Below are positions 19,933 through 29,816 of a stretch of 64,000 nt of DNA, piece after piece (within the stretch, counting starts at the first letter, position 1; each line of letters opens with the position of its first letter). The stretch comes from Terriglobia bacterium (GTDB lineage: Bacteria; Acidobacteriota; Terriglobia; JAJPHL01; JAPKYU01). The translations under genes were made by a program, and so were the position numbers. The stretch lies in assembly GCA_965206645.1 (NCBI GenBank), contig CBDBKE010000004.1:800001-864000 (forward strand). The letters are read 5' to 3'. The notes under the pieces are model-generated. The model saw only the letters and a program-made list of their open reading frames with translations. It was not told the origin of the DNA and did not search any database.

Positions 19933-20490
19933 TTATCCGGCTATGGCGGCTCGGTTCAGCTCCTCAAATTCCTTTAGGCTTGGCAGTTCGCTCAGGTCCT
20001 TGAGCCCAAACTGGAACAGGAAATCGCGTGTCGTGCGATACAGAATCGGCCGACCGATCACGTCCTTGCGTCCCGCCGTGTTAACTAACTTTTTCTCCAG
20101 CAAGGTCTTGACGACGGCCGCGGCGTTGACCCCTCGCACCTCCTGGATTTCGGGCAGCGTCACCGGCTGGCGGTAGGCGACGACCGCCAGCGTCTCCAGC
20201 GCTGCCAGCGACAACCGCATCGGCAGCTTCAGTGCCTTGACGAACTGCCGCACCGCTTCGTGATGTTCCGGCTTGGTGGCCATCTTGTAGCCGCCCGCCA
20301 CCTGTTTAATCTCGATCCCTCGCCCGTCGCTCCGGTATTCGGCAATCAGCTCCTCAATCGCGGGGCGGATTTCCTCTTTCCTTGGGGAATTCTCAATCGC
20401 CCCCTGGCTCAGGGCAGCGGTGATCTGCTCCACCGTAACCGGCTCCTCGGCCGCGTAAATGATTGCTTCAACAACAGGCTTGCAATCCAT
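19933..20490 (-). CDS. scpB: SMC-Scp complex subunit ScpB
   Basis: LSLAALETLAVVAYRQPVT, GRPILYRTT..FL..FGL. Confidence 0.95.
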   Translation of the reverse strand: MDCKPVVEAIIYAAEEPVTVEQITAALSQGAIENSPRKEEIRPAIEELIAEYRSDGRGIEIKQVAGGYKMATKPEHHEAVRQFVKALKLPMRLSLAALETLAVVAYRQPVTLPEIQEVRGVNAAAVVKTLLEKKLVNTAGRKDVIGRPILYRTTRDFLFQFGLKDLSELPSLKEFEELNRAAIAG

Positions 20491-20524
20491 AACCTAGTCT
20501 TGCGGTTTGGTCGCCTATGATCGC

Positions 20525-21343
20525 CTATGAGTGCGAGGGCGAACCACCCTGGGGCAAATCCTCTTCCTCCAGAACCGGCTTCCCCAGCAGCTGTTCCACC
20601 GGCTCGGCCGAATAGAGGCGAGCGAAGTTGCGGTGGCGGCGCAGGAGAATCTCGCCAAAGGCTTCTTTCTGGCGCAGGACAATGGCCTGAAGGCGCACCA
20701 TCTCCAGGATGGCCAGGAACAAAGTAATCAGTGCACGGCGCGCAGGGAACAGGTCAAACAACTCGCCCAGCGCCAACGAACCGCGGGCTTGAGCCAGGCG
20801 GTCGCGCAGCCATTGGATCATCTGGGCAAGGGTGACTTCTTCCGGCTCGATGTCCAGCCGGGGGCGAGTGCGCGCCCGCTCCAACACCTGCTGGAAGGTC
20901 TTCACCAGATCGAACAGGTTTACTGCCAAGCCCGGCTCCTCGGAATCGTCAGCGAACGCCTTCAGTGCCGGGTTGGACCAGGCTGCTGCCTCCAGCATCT
21001 GCCTTTCGTGCAACATCTGCGCCGCCTGCTTGAACTTCTCATATTCCAGCAGCTGGTCCACCAGCTCCTGGCGCGGGTCCTCCTGCTGCTCGGGAGGCAG
21101 GGTCGGGTCGGGTGGCAACAGCATTCTGGATTTGATGTGGATGAGCGTGGCCGCCATGTAGATGAACTCACCGGCCACGTCAATGTCCAGCTCCTGCAGT
21201 CGATGGATGTAGTCCAGATATTGGGCGGTGATCTGGGCGATCGGGATGTCGCAGATGTCCAGCTCTTGCTTTCGGATCAGGTCTAACAGCAGGTCGAGAG
21301 GCCCTTCATAGGTTTGCAGGGTGACGTTGAGGGATGACTCCAC
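20525..21343 (-). CDS. scpA: Segregation/condensation protein A
   Basis: YEGPLDLLLDLI, IKSRMLLP, FLAILEM. Confidence 0.95.
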   Translation of the reverse strand: MESSLNVTLQTYEGPLDLLLDLIRKQELDICDIPIAQITAQYLDYIHRLQELDIDVAGEFIYMAATLIHIKSRMLLPPDPTLPPEQQEDPRQELVDQLLEYEKFKQAAQMLHERQMLEAAAWSNPALKAFADDSEEPGLAVNLFDLVKTFQQVLERARTRPRLDIEPEEVTLAQMIQWLRDRLAQARGSLALGELFDLFPARRALITLFLAILEMVRLQAIVLRQKEAFGEILLRRHRNFARLYSAEPVEQLLGKPVLEEEDLPQGGSPSHS

Positions 21344-21477
21344 ACCCGCATTTTAGCACGATGAGGCAGAATTGCTGGCCGCCGGCAAGAAGGACCGGAG
21401 GGCGATGCGCCGCTTGCATTGCCCGCTGTGCTTGCTATTCTTCTTCACGACGAGCTGCTTTCGGTGCTCGCGCAATT

Positions 21478-22416
21478 ATGTCCACACAACGCGTCGTCTC
21501 TCTGATTGCCAGCAGCACGGAAATTGTTTGTGCGCTTGGCTTCCAGCACCGGCTGGTGGGGCGCTCACACGAGTGCGACTTCCCCCGCTCAGTCGAGCAG
21601 CTGCCAGTCTGCACCGCACCGAAGCTCAACCCTCAGGCTTCCAGCCAGGCAATTGACCAGCAGGTAAAACGCATCTTGCAAGATGGATTGTCGGTGTATC
21701 GGGTGGATGCCGACCTGCTGAAGCAGCTTCAGCCCGACCTGATCATCACCCAAACCCAGTGCGAAGTCTGCGCCGTGAGCCTGCGGGATGTGGAACAGGC
21801 GTTGTGCGAGTGGCTGGATTCCGGCCCGCAGCAGGGCCCGACCCCACGGGTGGTCTCGCTGGAGCCGAACGCGCTGACTGACGTCTGGGCGGATGTGCAG
21901 CGCGCGGCGGAGGCGCTGGGCGCACCGTCGCGCGGGGCAGAGTTGGCCGACCGACTTCAGCAGCGGATGGCTGCGATCGCCGAGAAAGCGCGCGCGCTAA
22001 GCGCGCGACCTACGGTGGCCTGCATCGAGTGGATCGAGCCACTGATGGCCGCCGGCAACTGGATGCCCGAGTTGGTCCAGATGGCCGGTGGCGCCAACCT
22101 ATTCGGCGAGGCCGGCAAGCATTCCCCTTGGATGAGCTGGGAGCAGTTGCGGGAAGCAGACCCCGAGGTAATTGTCGTTCTGCCCTGCGGCTTTGACCTC
22201 CAGCGGTCGCGCCACGAGATGCCCGCGCTGACCGGGAAGCCGAGTTGGGGACAGTTGCAGGCGGTGCGTAACCGGCGCGTCTACCTGACTGACGGCAACC
22301 AGTATTTCAACCGCCCTGGCCCGCGCCTGGCCGAATCCCTGGAGATTTTGGCAGAGGTGCTGCACCCAGCGGCCTTCCATTTTGACCACCAGGGCTCCGG
22401 CTGGCAACCGTTGTAG
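21478..22416 (+). CDS. Cobalamin/Fe-siderophore binding protein family (BtuF-like), no signal peptide seen
   Basis: RVVSLIASSTEIV, GRSHECDFP, EWIEPLMAAGNW, YFNRPGPRL. Confidence 0.85.
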   Translation: MSTQRVVSLIASSTEIVCALGFQHRLVGRSHECDFPRSVEQLPVCTAPKLNPQASSQAIDQQVKRILQDGLSVYRVDADLLKQLQPDLIITQTQCEVCAVSLRDVEQALCEWLDSGPQQGPTPRVVSLEPNALTDVWADVQRAAEALGAPSRGAELADRLQQRMAAIAEKARALSARPTVACIEWIEPLMAAGNWMPELVQMAGGANLFGEAGKHSPWMSWEQLREADPEVIVVLPCGFDLQRSRHEMPALTGKPSWGQLQAVRNRRVYLTDGNQYFNRPGPRLAESLEILAEVLHPAAFHFDHQGSGWQPL

Positions 22417-22434
22417 CTGTCTTCTGCTTGCTGA

Positions 22435-25400
22435 CTACTCGACAGCGATGGTGACCTGTGCGCTGCCCGGGACATTGTTGATGATAATTTCAACCGATTG
22501 CGTACCCGAAGGGACGCCCGCAGGCACCTGCACGTTCATCTGGTAGAGTCCTACGAATCCCGGAGCAAGGCCGGAGAAGGTCACGGTGGCGGCTATGCCG
22601 GCAATGTTCACCAGCGGTCTACTGATCGTCTCCGCCAGCGGTGGAATATTGGGGGCAACCTCACCTGATTGGACTACGGGCTGCACCGGCCCCAACCCCG
22701 TACAAAAGATCAGCAGGAACTCGCCGGGGCGGGCCGGGGCGCTTCCGTTGACCGGCTGGAAGTTTTCCGCGTGAAGGATCGCGCCAGGGCCGGTGCCCTG
22801 CTCGTTGAGCGTAAAAATCCCCGGCGATACGGCCGCGAGCGCGATCAGCTGCGCGGCGCTCGCCTCACTGCCTCGCGTCACCTGCACCGTGACCGTCCCT
22901 GCCCCGGCCATCAGCTCAAACGGGACCTGCGCATTAATCTGCGTGCCGGAGACGAAAAACAGCGGGGCAGCTACATCGTCAAAAGTCACGCTGGTATCCC
23001 CCAGCGTCGTGGGAAGTGGTACTTCACCCGCCAGCAGGGTATCGCTCGCCAGGTCCGTTCCGAAGATGGCCACAATTGCGCCCGGGGCGATGGCTCCATT
23101 GGGGTCCGTCGCCGCCCGGAAGCTGGCGCCGTTGACCACGGAGTTGGCCGGCAGGGTTGGAGGCACTGAGGGCAGTTCCGTAAGCTTGGCGATGAAAGCG
23201 TTTTCGCTTCCGGCGTTACTGGGCTGAAAGGGGTTCGCCGTAGGGAAGTCAGTGGAACCGGTATTCCCCGTGACGTAGGCGTTTCCAGAGGCGTCCACGG
23301 CAATGTCGGAGCTTCGGTCATCGCCACCGCCGCCCAGATAGGTAGAGTAGACAAGAGCGCCGCCTGCGGCATTCAATTTCGTCACGAACGCGTCGTCCCC
23401 GCCGCCGTTCGCGGGCTGGATGGGACTGGCTGTGGGGAAGTTGCGCGAATCCGTAAGGCCCACCACGTAGGCGTTGCCGGACGTGTCTAGGGCGATGGCG
23501 AAGCCAGCGTCGGTGGCGACGCCTCCCAGGTAGGTGGAATAGAGGAGAGCGCCGCCTGCGGCATTCAATTTCGTAACGAACGCGTCGGCTAGGCCGCCGC
23601 CGAAAGCGGGCTGAATGGGACTGGCCGTGGAAAAATCGGACGAATCCGTAACCCCCGTGACGTAGGAGTTGCCGGAGGTGTCTACGGCAATGCCGAAGCC
23701 AAGCTCGTTGCCATTGCCCCCCAGGTAGGTGGAGTAAACGAGGGCATTGGCGGCCTCGTTCAGTTTCGTCACGAAGGCATCCAGGGCCCCGCGCCTCGTG
23801 GACTGGAATGGATTCGCCGTGGGGAAGTTTGTCGAAGTCGTGTCACCGTGCACGTAGGCGTTGCCGGAGGCGTCTACGGCGATTCTGAAGCCACAATCGT
23901 TGCCATTGCCGCCCAGGTAGGTGGAGTACCGGAGAACGTTGCCCGCGGCATTCAATTTCGCCACAAAGGCATCGCCTAAAGCGCCGTTCGCAGACTGGAT
24001 GGGAAGGGCCGTGGGGAAGTCGGTCGAATCGGTCTGTCCTGTCACGTAGGCGTTGCCGGAGTCGTCTAAGGAGATACCGAAGCCAAAATCGGAGGAACTA
24101 CCACCCAGGTAGGTGGAGTAAACCAGATCATCGCCTGCGGCATTCAATTTCGTCACGAAGGCGTCGTTTAAACCGCGGTTCACCACCTGGATGGGACCGG
24201 CCGTGGGGAAGTCGGTCGAATCGGTCTGTCCTGTCACATAGGCGTTGCCGGAGGCGTCCACCTCGATGTCATTGCCTTGTTCATCGCCTTCGCCGCCCAG
24301 GTAGGTGGAGTAGACGAGCGCCGAGCCTGTGGCATTCAACTTCGTCACAAAAGCGTCTACCGCGCCACCGGGGGAAAAAGCCTGGAAGGGATTTGATACG
24401 GGAAAGTTGATCGAACTGCTCCCGCCCGTCACGTAAGCGTTGCCGGCGCCATCCACGGCGATGCCGAAGCCCCGGTCAATGGCAGTGCCGCCGAGATAGG
24501 TCGAGTAGCTCAGCACCGGATCAATGATGAGCGGCTTATCGGCATCATACGTGCCCACCTCGAAGCCGACCTGGCGCCTGGCGTTGAGCACATAGGCCGC
24601 GGAGATTTCTTGCCGGATCCCATCCGTCTCCTGATAGACCAGCGGTTTCTGCAGACGGATTTGACTTCCGCCGGCGTGAAGCACCAGATCGCCTTGAACA
24701 TCTATTTCCAGTTCATCTCCGCCTCCGAAGGGGAGGCCTCCGAAGGCGAGATGTATGGCCCCAGGATCGGACCCGGGAGCAACAATCAGGTCGTACTCCA
24801 GTTGGCCCTGGTTGCCGTAGTAAACCAAATCCACGCCGGGATAAACGTCCTCGTACTTCACCTTGGCGTAGGTCGGAACGTTCGTGCGCCACTTGGCTGG
24901 ATCGTTGCCGATGAAGTAGTGACTCTTGCCCGGTAGCTCCTCCAGCCCAGTTGCCCGTGGCGAGGGGTTGGCCCCGACCAGCTTCATGCGCAGCACGGTG
25001 GATTGCAAATTGGGGTCATTCACCGCAGAGGACGCGGAGGACGCCGAGAGAAAGTTTGGAGTCATCCTCTGCGCTCTCTGCGAGCTCTGCGGTGAACTCA
25101 AAGACAGCACGGCTTCGGTGGCGGTCAAAAACAGTGTGTAGCCCCGGCCGCGCGACAGGAACGCCACCTGGCTGTTGGTCTGGCCCTCGTTTGGTTCAAA
25201 ACTCAACGGGAGGTTGCCGTAGGCCACCTCAATTGCCGGCCGCCGATTGAAGGCCGTAGATTGCTCCTGTCCGGGCTTCGTTGAAAAAACAGTGGCGATC
25301 GCGCCCCGCTCCGTTTCTCGCCGGAGAGCAGGATCGGATCCAAATCGTAATAGTCCCAGGGCCAATGCGGACAACACGAATAAGGCAAACACTTGCAAGG

Positions 25401-25458
25401 CAATTGGGCAGTCTTCATCTCCGCGCGCGATGTGTTGATCCGAGGAAGGTTTTCGCAT
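22435..25458 (-). CDS. SBBP beta-propeller repeat protein with Solibacter-type (TIGR03437-like) C-terminal domain
   Basis: LSFEPNEGQ, about 7 repeats YSTYLGG..D.G..IAVD.SGNAYVTG.T.S.DFP, then VVNGASF...QINAQVP...FSGLAPGFVGLYQMN. Confidence 0.88.
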   Translation of the reverse strand: MRKPSSDQHIARGDEDCPIALQVFALFVLSALALGLLRFGSDPALRRETERGAIATVFSTKPGQEQSTAFNRRPAIEVAYGNLPLSFEPNEGQTNSQVAFLSRGRGYTLFLTATEAVLSLSSPQSSQRAQRMTPNFLSASSASSAVNDPNLQSTVLRMKLVGANPSPRATGLEELPGKSHYFIGNDPAKWRTNVPTYAKVKYEDVYPGVDLVYYGNQGQLEYDLIVAPGSDPGAIHLAFGGLPFGGGDELEIDVQGDLVLHAGGSQIRLQKPLVYQETDGIRQEISAAYVLNARRQVGFEVGTYDADKPLIIDPVLSYSTYLGGTAIDRGFGIAVDGAGNAYVTGGSSSINFPVSNPFQAFSPGGAVDAFVTKLNATGSALVYSTYLGGEGDEQGNDIEVDASGNAYVTGQTDSTDFPTAGPIQVVNRGLNDAFVTKLNAAGDDLVYSTYLGGSSSDFGFGISLDDSGNAYVTGQTDSTDFPTALPIQSANGALGDAFVAKLNAAGNVLRYSTYLGGNGNDCGFRIAVDASGNAYVHGDTTSTNFPTANPFQSTRRGALDAFVTKLNEAANALVYSTYLGGNGNELGFGIAVDTSGNSYVTGVTDSSDFSTASPIQPAFGGGLADAFVTKLNAAGGALLYSTYLGGVATDAGFAIALDTSGNAYVVGLTDSRNFPTASPIQPANGGGDDAFVTKLNAAGGALVYSTYLGGGGDDRSSDIAVDASGNAYVTGNTGSTDFPTANPFQPSNAGSENAFIAKLTELPSVPPTLPANSVVNGASFRAATDPNGAIAPGAIVAIFGTDLASDTLLAGEVPLPTTLGDTSVTFDDVAAPLFFVSGTQINAQVPFELMAGAGTVTVQVTRGSEASAAQLIALAAVSPGIFTLNEQGTGPGAILHAENFQPVNGSAPARPGEFLLIFCTGLGPVQPVVQSGEVAPNIPPLAETISRPLVNIAGIAATVTFSGLAPGFVGLYQMNVQVPAGVPSGTQSVEIIINNVPGSAQVTIAVE
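25019..25096. repeat. 78-bp palindromic element inside the SBBP gene
   Basis: Perfect 12-bp terminal IR TTCACCGCAGAG/CTCTGCGGTGAA plus 9-bp sub-repeats in both arms. Confidence 0.8.
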
Positions 25459-25579
25459 GGCCGCCCGATACGCCTTTCAAAAACGATACCGACTGCCAGA
25501 AGGGTAAGCCGCTGGCACGTTTCATTCAATGAGAAATGGCATTGGGAAAAACAGCTACTTTGAATCCGCAGGAGCTGTC

Positions 25580-25651
25580 GTAGCGGCGGCCTTTAGGCCG
25601 CCATGGGTCTGTCGTAGCCATGGGTCTTGGCAGGCTGAAGCCTGCCGCTAC
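25580..25651. repeat. Inverted pair of GTAG-type REP elements (REPIN/BIME-like)
   Basis: GTAGCGGCGGCCTTTAGGCCGCC on + and GTAGCGGCAGGCTTCAGCCTGCC on -; partial third unit at ~25665. Confidence 0.75.
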
Positions 25652-25766
25652 GCCAACAACCCGTGGCAGGCTGAAGCGTCCAAAAGGGTCAAAGTAGCCT
25701 ACTACCGCCGCGAGTTTCGGATAGACAACGGCAGGGGCGGCACGCTATCATGACAAAGAACCGGCC

Positions 25767-26120
25767 ATGGCGGAGACGACTGAGGTCATCAAGCAGGAAC
25801 CGAAATCGCAGGGAATTAACACCCCGCGGAAGAAAATGCCGCGGGAGCTTGCCATCATCAACGAGCTCTGCACCGGCTGTGCCGGCTCGCCCGCCTGCGT
25901 GGATTACTGCCCGGTGGAAGACTGCATGTATTGGATTCCCGACGAGGACCACCCGCCCTTTGGCCGCATCGAAGTGGACCCATTCCTCTGCATTGGCTGC
26001 AAAAAGTGTGTCAGCAAGGGCCCCGACGGTACCTTCCTGGATGGCTGTCCCTGGGACGCCATTGACATGGTGCCCCTGGCTGAGTGGGAAACGGCAAACG
26101 GCATTCAGATGAAAATCTAG
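25767..26120 (+). CDS. 4Fe-4S dicluster ferredoxin
   Basis: CTGC....C...CP and CIGCKKC...(insert)...CPWDAI. Confidence 0.88.
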   Translation: MAETTEVIKQEPKSQGINTPRKKMPRELAIINELCTGCAGSPACVDYCPVEDCMYWIPDEDHPPFGRIEVDPFLCIGCKKCVSKGPDGTFLDGCPWDAIDMVPLAEWETANGIQMKI

Positions 26121-26977
26121 CGGGCTGATGGCCCTGAGCGTGCCCGGCGGCGAATGGCCTGTGCCGTAATGCGGGCCTGCTGCCGCACCCTCTCCGGCAT
26201 GCCAGGCTGGGACCGCGCAAAGCGCTCTACATCCGGCAGGTCTTCGGGATCGCCAGCCAGGTAGAGGGCCCGCAGCGACTCCCAAACCTGCTCGGCCGAA
26301 GACTCCAGCTCAAAGACCGGCTCACCCGCAGTCACCCGTGCGCCATCCTCCTGCAGGCGGCGTCTGATCTGGCCGGCCACAGGCGAGCGCACGTCGACCG
26401 GCTCGCCAGCGTCTCCTGAAACGCGCGCTAGCAGCGAGCCCACATCCACTGCATCCTGCTCTTTTTGGCGCAGAGACAGGACTCCGGCGCTCGGGGCCGT
26501 GACGGTGAGGGGCTGCAGCATCTGGACCAGGACCGGCTTGCCGCGCCCGTCGCCGAAGCGCACTAGGGACAGTGCCGCGTTGCGCCGCACCATCGGCTCC
26601 GGATCCTGCACCAACTGTACCAGCGCCTGATGGAATTGCTGGGAGCGGTTGTCCTGGCCCATCACCCAGGCGGCGGTCACCCGGATCTCCGCCACCGGGC
26701 TGGACGCCAGCGCCACCACGCGCGGATACCACTGCGCCATTGAAGGGTCGCCGACGACGATACGGTCGGCGATTTGCGACAGCGCGTGCTGGATGCGCCG
26801 CGGCTTCTCCGGATTTTCCAGGTACTCGCCAATCTGCGCGTCGGTGAGGCTCCGGCCAAACCAGGTGCCATGCCAGAACAGAAACGGCACTAGCACCAAG
26901 GCGGCCGCAAATAGCATCAGCCACAGCATTTCCGGACGGCGGCGGGGTGCGGGAGGGGTGGGACCATGGCCAGACAT
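26117..26977 (-). CDS. Membrane-anchored HEAT-repeat protein with inserted biotin/lipoyl-like barrel
   Basis: N-terminal TM, HEAT repeats (VRRNAALSL), TVTAPSAG...VRSPVAG...GARVTAGEPVFEL. Confidence 0.7.
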   Translation of the reverse strand: MSGHGPTPPAPRRRPEMLWLMLFAAALVLVPFLFWHGTWFGRSLTDAQIGEYLENPEKPRRIQHALSQIADRIVVGDPSMAQWYPRVVALASSPVAEIRVTAAWVMGQDNRSQQFHQALVQLVQDPEPMVRRNAALSLVRFGDGRGKPVLVQMLQPLTVTAPSAGVLSLRQKEQDAVDVGSLLARVSGDAGEPVDVRSPVAGQIRRRLQEDGARVTAGEPVFELESSAEQVWESLRALYLAGDPEDLPDVERFARSQPGMPERVRQQARITAQAIRRRARSGPSAR

Positions 26978-27002
26978 GGTTGGGGAAGATTCAGTCAGTT
27001 TG

Positions 27003-29717
27003 TCAATAGCCGTACTTCAACCGCCGCATCTCGAAAGCCTCCTTGCCGCCTTCAAGTGTTTCCTCGACCAGCTCCCGGACCTGCCGCGAGTCAATTGAAC
27101 CAAGATTCTCGTCAGGAAGGTGGACTTCAACCCCTTCCACGGATTCAGTCGGGATCAGCCCGGCAATCAGCTCAGCGTCACCGAGGACCGGGATATTGGC
27201 GTTGTGTGTGGCAAAGATGAACTGGCGGCGGCGCTTCTCCTCCCGAATGTTTGGCACAACACCCTCCGTAATGAAGCGGTTGTCGAGGTCGTCCTCAGGC
27301 TGATCGACCACAAGAGGCCCGGAGGATTCAAGTAAAAGGAGAAGAAGCACTGCCGTAGCCTTCTGGCCTGTGGAGAGGTCATCCAGCTGCTTCCAGACAG
27401 GCGTAGCGCCTTCTCGCGCCACGTTGAGACTCACGGTGGTCGTCGCGGGCAGTTCCAGTTCTTCAAGCTGCATTACGAAACCGCTGCCGGCCAAAACAAG
27501 CTTTTCGGCCTGGGATGACGGTATGCCAAATTTCTGGCTCAGGTTGTCCTTGCCCTCACGGCAAGCCTGGGAGGGTTCCTGTAGAGACAGGGGAGAGATT
27601 TCCTTCAGGGCGTTGATCGTGTCAGCGATGCGGCCGCCGAGGGAGCGGAGATGATTTTCGAGTTGCGAACGGTCACCGGTTGCGCTCACGGTGACCTGGA
27701 CGCGGCCAGATAGTTTGGAGTTGACTCGTCTCGCAGCCCTCTGCAGTTCGCGGAACTGGGAAGCCTTTAGCTCCTCCCACTCCTTCAAACCTTCGCGCCT
27801 CTGCTTTTGAGCGTCCTGTAAGCGATTCTGGAGTTTGGTCTGCTCGTCTTTCTTCGGTTCGAGTTGCTCGATGCGCTGCCGGAGCTGAATGAACTCGTTG
27901 CCGTCGATACCCTCCTTCTGAAGGTCGCGGAGGTTTTTTTCGTGGGCAGTGTTGACTGTGTCGCGGCGAAGATCCCATTTGGCGCGGACGGTCTTCAGGC
28001 CATTGCGTGCATTCTCAACGGCGCCGTCGGTAGAGCGCAGGGCGACCTGGATGTCTTTTTCAAACTCCTCTATTACAAGACGGGCTTCCCGCAGAATGTC
28101 AGCGCCGCACAGCTTTTCGAGCTTCTCATCATCGAGGCGCGATACGTCCAGAGGCAATAACTCGTTGAAGCCCGCTCGGTGCTCGGCGACTCCAGTGACG
28201 AGCTGGTCAAGAGTGTCGAGCGTGCTTTCTTCCGTGACCAGTTCGTTTTTGTCCTTAAGGCGTTCTTCGAGACCGGCTTCCTTGTAGCGTCTGAGGGTCT
28301 CTTTGAGACCAGGCAGTGCAGCTAGGTCCTCGTCGATACGGGTGAGCTTCTGCTCGATATCAACGATCTTGCTGCGCGTGTCTTCAAGACGGTATTTGGC
28401 TGACAGTCGTTCCGCCTCGATGTTCTTCAGGGCCGCGTGGTTCATGAAGCGGTCAAGAAGGCCCGTCAGACGTTCAGGGCTGCGCGCCAATTCGGAGATT
28501 TCGTGCTGCCCGTATATTTCGACTTCGGATGCGATATCGCGAGGGCTCAACTCGGTGAGGTTACCATCGGAATCCTTTACGGTGGGTCTGTTCCCGACCG
28601 TGCGCTCAACCAGATATTCACGCGAGGAAGGTGTGTGGGAGCGAATCAGAAGCGATATCTTTGTCCCACTGCCGAGGACATTATTGACGAAAGCCTTATG
28701 GAGTTCTGCCGCTTCTTTGCCAAGCGGGAGACAGTCAAGGGCAAAGCGGATGCTCTCGACGATAGTGGATTTGCCGGTGCCACGGCCTCCTATGAGCACG
28801 TCGAGATTCTCATTGAAGCGGATGGTGGTGCCGTCCAGAAACCCGCCTTCCCAAGCCATCGCCAGCAATTCAGTGTGGTCCTCAGGTTCTTGATCGGACG
28901 ACAGCCGGATGCGGGAGTCGGGATCGAGAAAGGCCTGCCGAAGGCCCTCAATAGAAACTCCGGCCATCTTTATCCAGCACACGCTGCCAGGTTTGCCGGC
29001 GTCTGTAGGACTATTCACATCCTGGGCGTTTATGACGGCAATCGGGCGGGTGCGCTGATAATCTGGGTTGCGGTTTCTCGGAATTGCGATTTTACTCTGC
29101 GGAGCGTCATCGATCGGCCCCGGCAGGGCACAGGCATGCAGATGCTTGTGGTTCCAGGCTTTGATGGCAGCTTGGCCACTGAGGGTCGAAAAGAGGCCGC
29201 CTCCGGAGCACACATGTGCGGCTAGAGAGACGCCATTCCATGTGTCAGTACAAGCGTCCAAAAGCTCGTGAAAATCCTTGCTGCCGGTTGGAGAAAGATC
29301 GCTGTCGTCGTGGATACCACAATCACCGAGAAAGCGGTCGATGCGGTCGAGGTCTTCTGAAGGATCGAAAAGGCAAAGAACGTGAACACCTTCTTTGGTT
29401 ACAGCCTCGAATCCGGAGAAGACATGCAAATCCCGGGACCTGGCAGCTTCGACAAGACGTTGGCTCGTTTTGACCCGGTAGTGATCAGTGACAGCGATAA
29501 CCTCAATGCCGTTGTCCTGGAAAGCCTCCAGGACAGCATTATTGTACTCATCCTCACTGCTGTGAGGCGTCGCTTTGCCGTGCCGCTTCAAATAGGCGAA
29601 CGGATTCACCTGTAAAGCGCAGCGATAGAAGCGCGCGCCGGAAGGACGGTTCAGGGCACGTTGGATTACATCGGGCCAACTGGACGTGATGGCGGTTAGC
29701 GGCATCGAGTCTCCCAT
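27003..29717 (-). CDS. PHP-domain + ABC/SMC-like ATPase (TrlF/Ppl-like), candidate anti-phage protein
   Basis: N-terminal AVTDH, GFE, GVH, AAH, EGLRQAF.DP.SRI. Walker A GGRGTGKS, coiled coil, LSTGQK, Walker B VVDQPEDDLDN, ATHNAN. Confidence 0.8.
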   Translation of the reverse strand: MGDSMPLTAITSSWPDVIQRALNRPSGARFYRCALQVNPFAYLKRHGKATPHSSEDEYNNAVLEAFQDNGIEVIAVTDHYRVKTSQRLVEAARSRDLHVFSGFEAVTKEGVHVLCLFDPSEDLDRIDRFLGDCGIHDDSDLSPTGSKDFHELLDACTDTWNGVSLAAHVCSGGGLFSTLSGQAAIKAWNHKHLHACALPGPIDDAPQSKIAIPRNRNPDYQRTRPIAVINAQDVNSPTDAGKPGSVCWIKMAGVSIEGLRQAFLDPDSRIRLSSDQEPEDHTELLAMAWEGGFLDGTTIRFNENLDVLIGGRGTGKSTIVESIRFALDCLPLGKEAAELHKAFVNNVLGSGTKISLLIRSHTPSSREYLVERTVGNRPTVKDSDGNLTELSPRDIASEVEIYGQHEISELARSPERLTGLLDRFMNHAALKNIEAERLSAKYRLEDTRSKIVDIEQKLTRIDEDLAALPGLKETLRRYKEAGLEERLKDKNELVTEESTLDTLDQLVTGVAEHRAGFNELLPLDVSRLDDEKLEKLCGADILREARLVIEEFEKDIQVALRSTDGAVENARNGLKTVRAKWDLRRDTVNTAHEKNLRDLQKEGIDGNEFIQLRQRIEQLEPKKDEQTKLQNRLQDAQKQRREGLKEWEELKASQFRELQRAARRVNSKLSGRVQVTVSATGDRSQLENHLRSLGGRIADTINALKEISPLSLQEPSQACREGKDNLSQKFGIPSSQAEKLVLAGSGFVMQLEELELPATTTVSLNVAREGATPVWKQLDDLSTGQKATAVLLLLLLESSGPLVVDQPEDDLDNRFITEGVVPNIREEKRRRQFIFATHNANIPVLGDAELIAGLIPTESVEGVEVHLPDENLGSIDSRQVRELVEETLEGGKEAFEMRRLKYGY

Positions 29718-29816
29718 TCGGAGTGGGTGGAGATAGCTACGGTCGCGAGGGGGTTAGTCCCCGCCAGTTCAAATAACCTTGCCAGCGTCAACGAAACGAG
29801 CTCTGTTTCCAAGGCC

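Noticed and set aside
23200-24520. Diversity-generating retroelement TR/VR pair
   Set aside because: The near-identical segments are SBBP blades within one gene, I saw no adenine-specific mismatch pattern, and no reverse transcriptase is present
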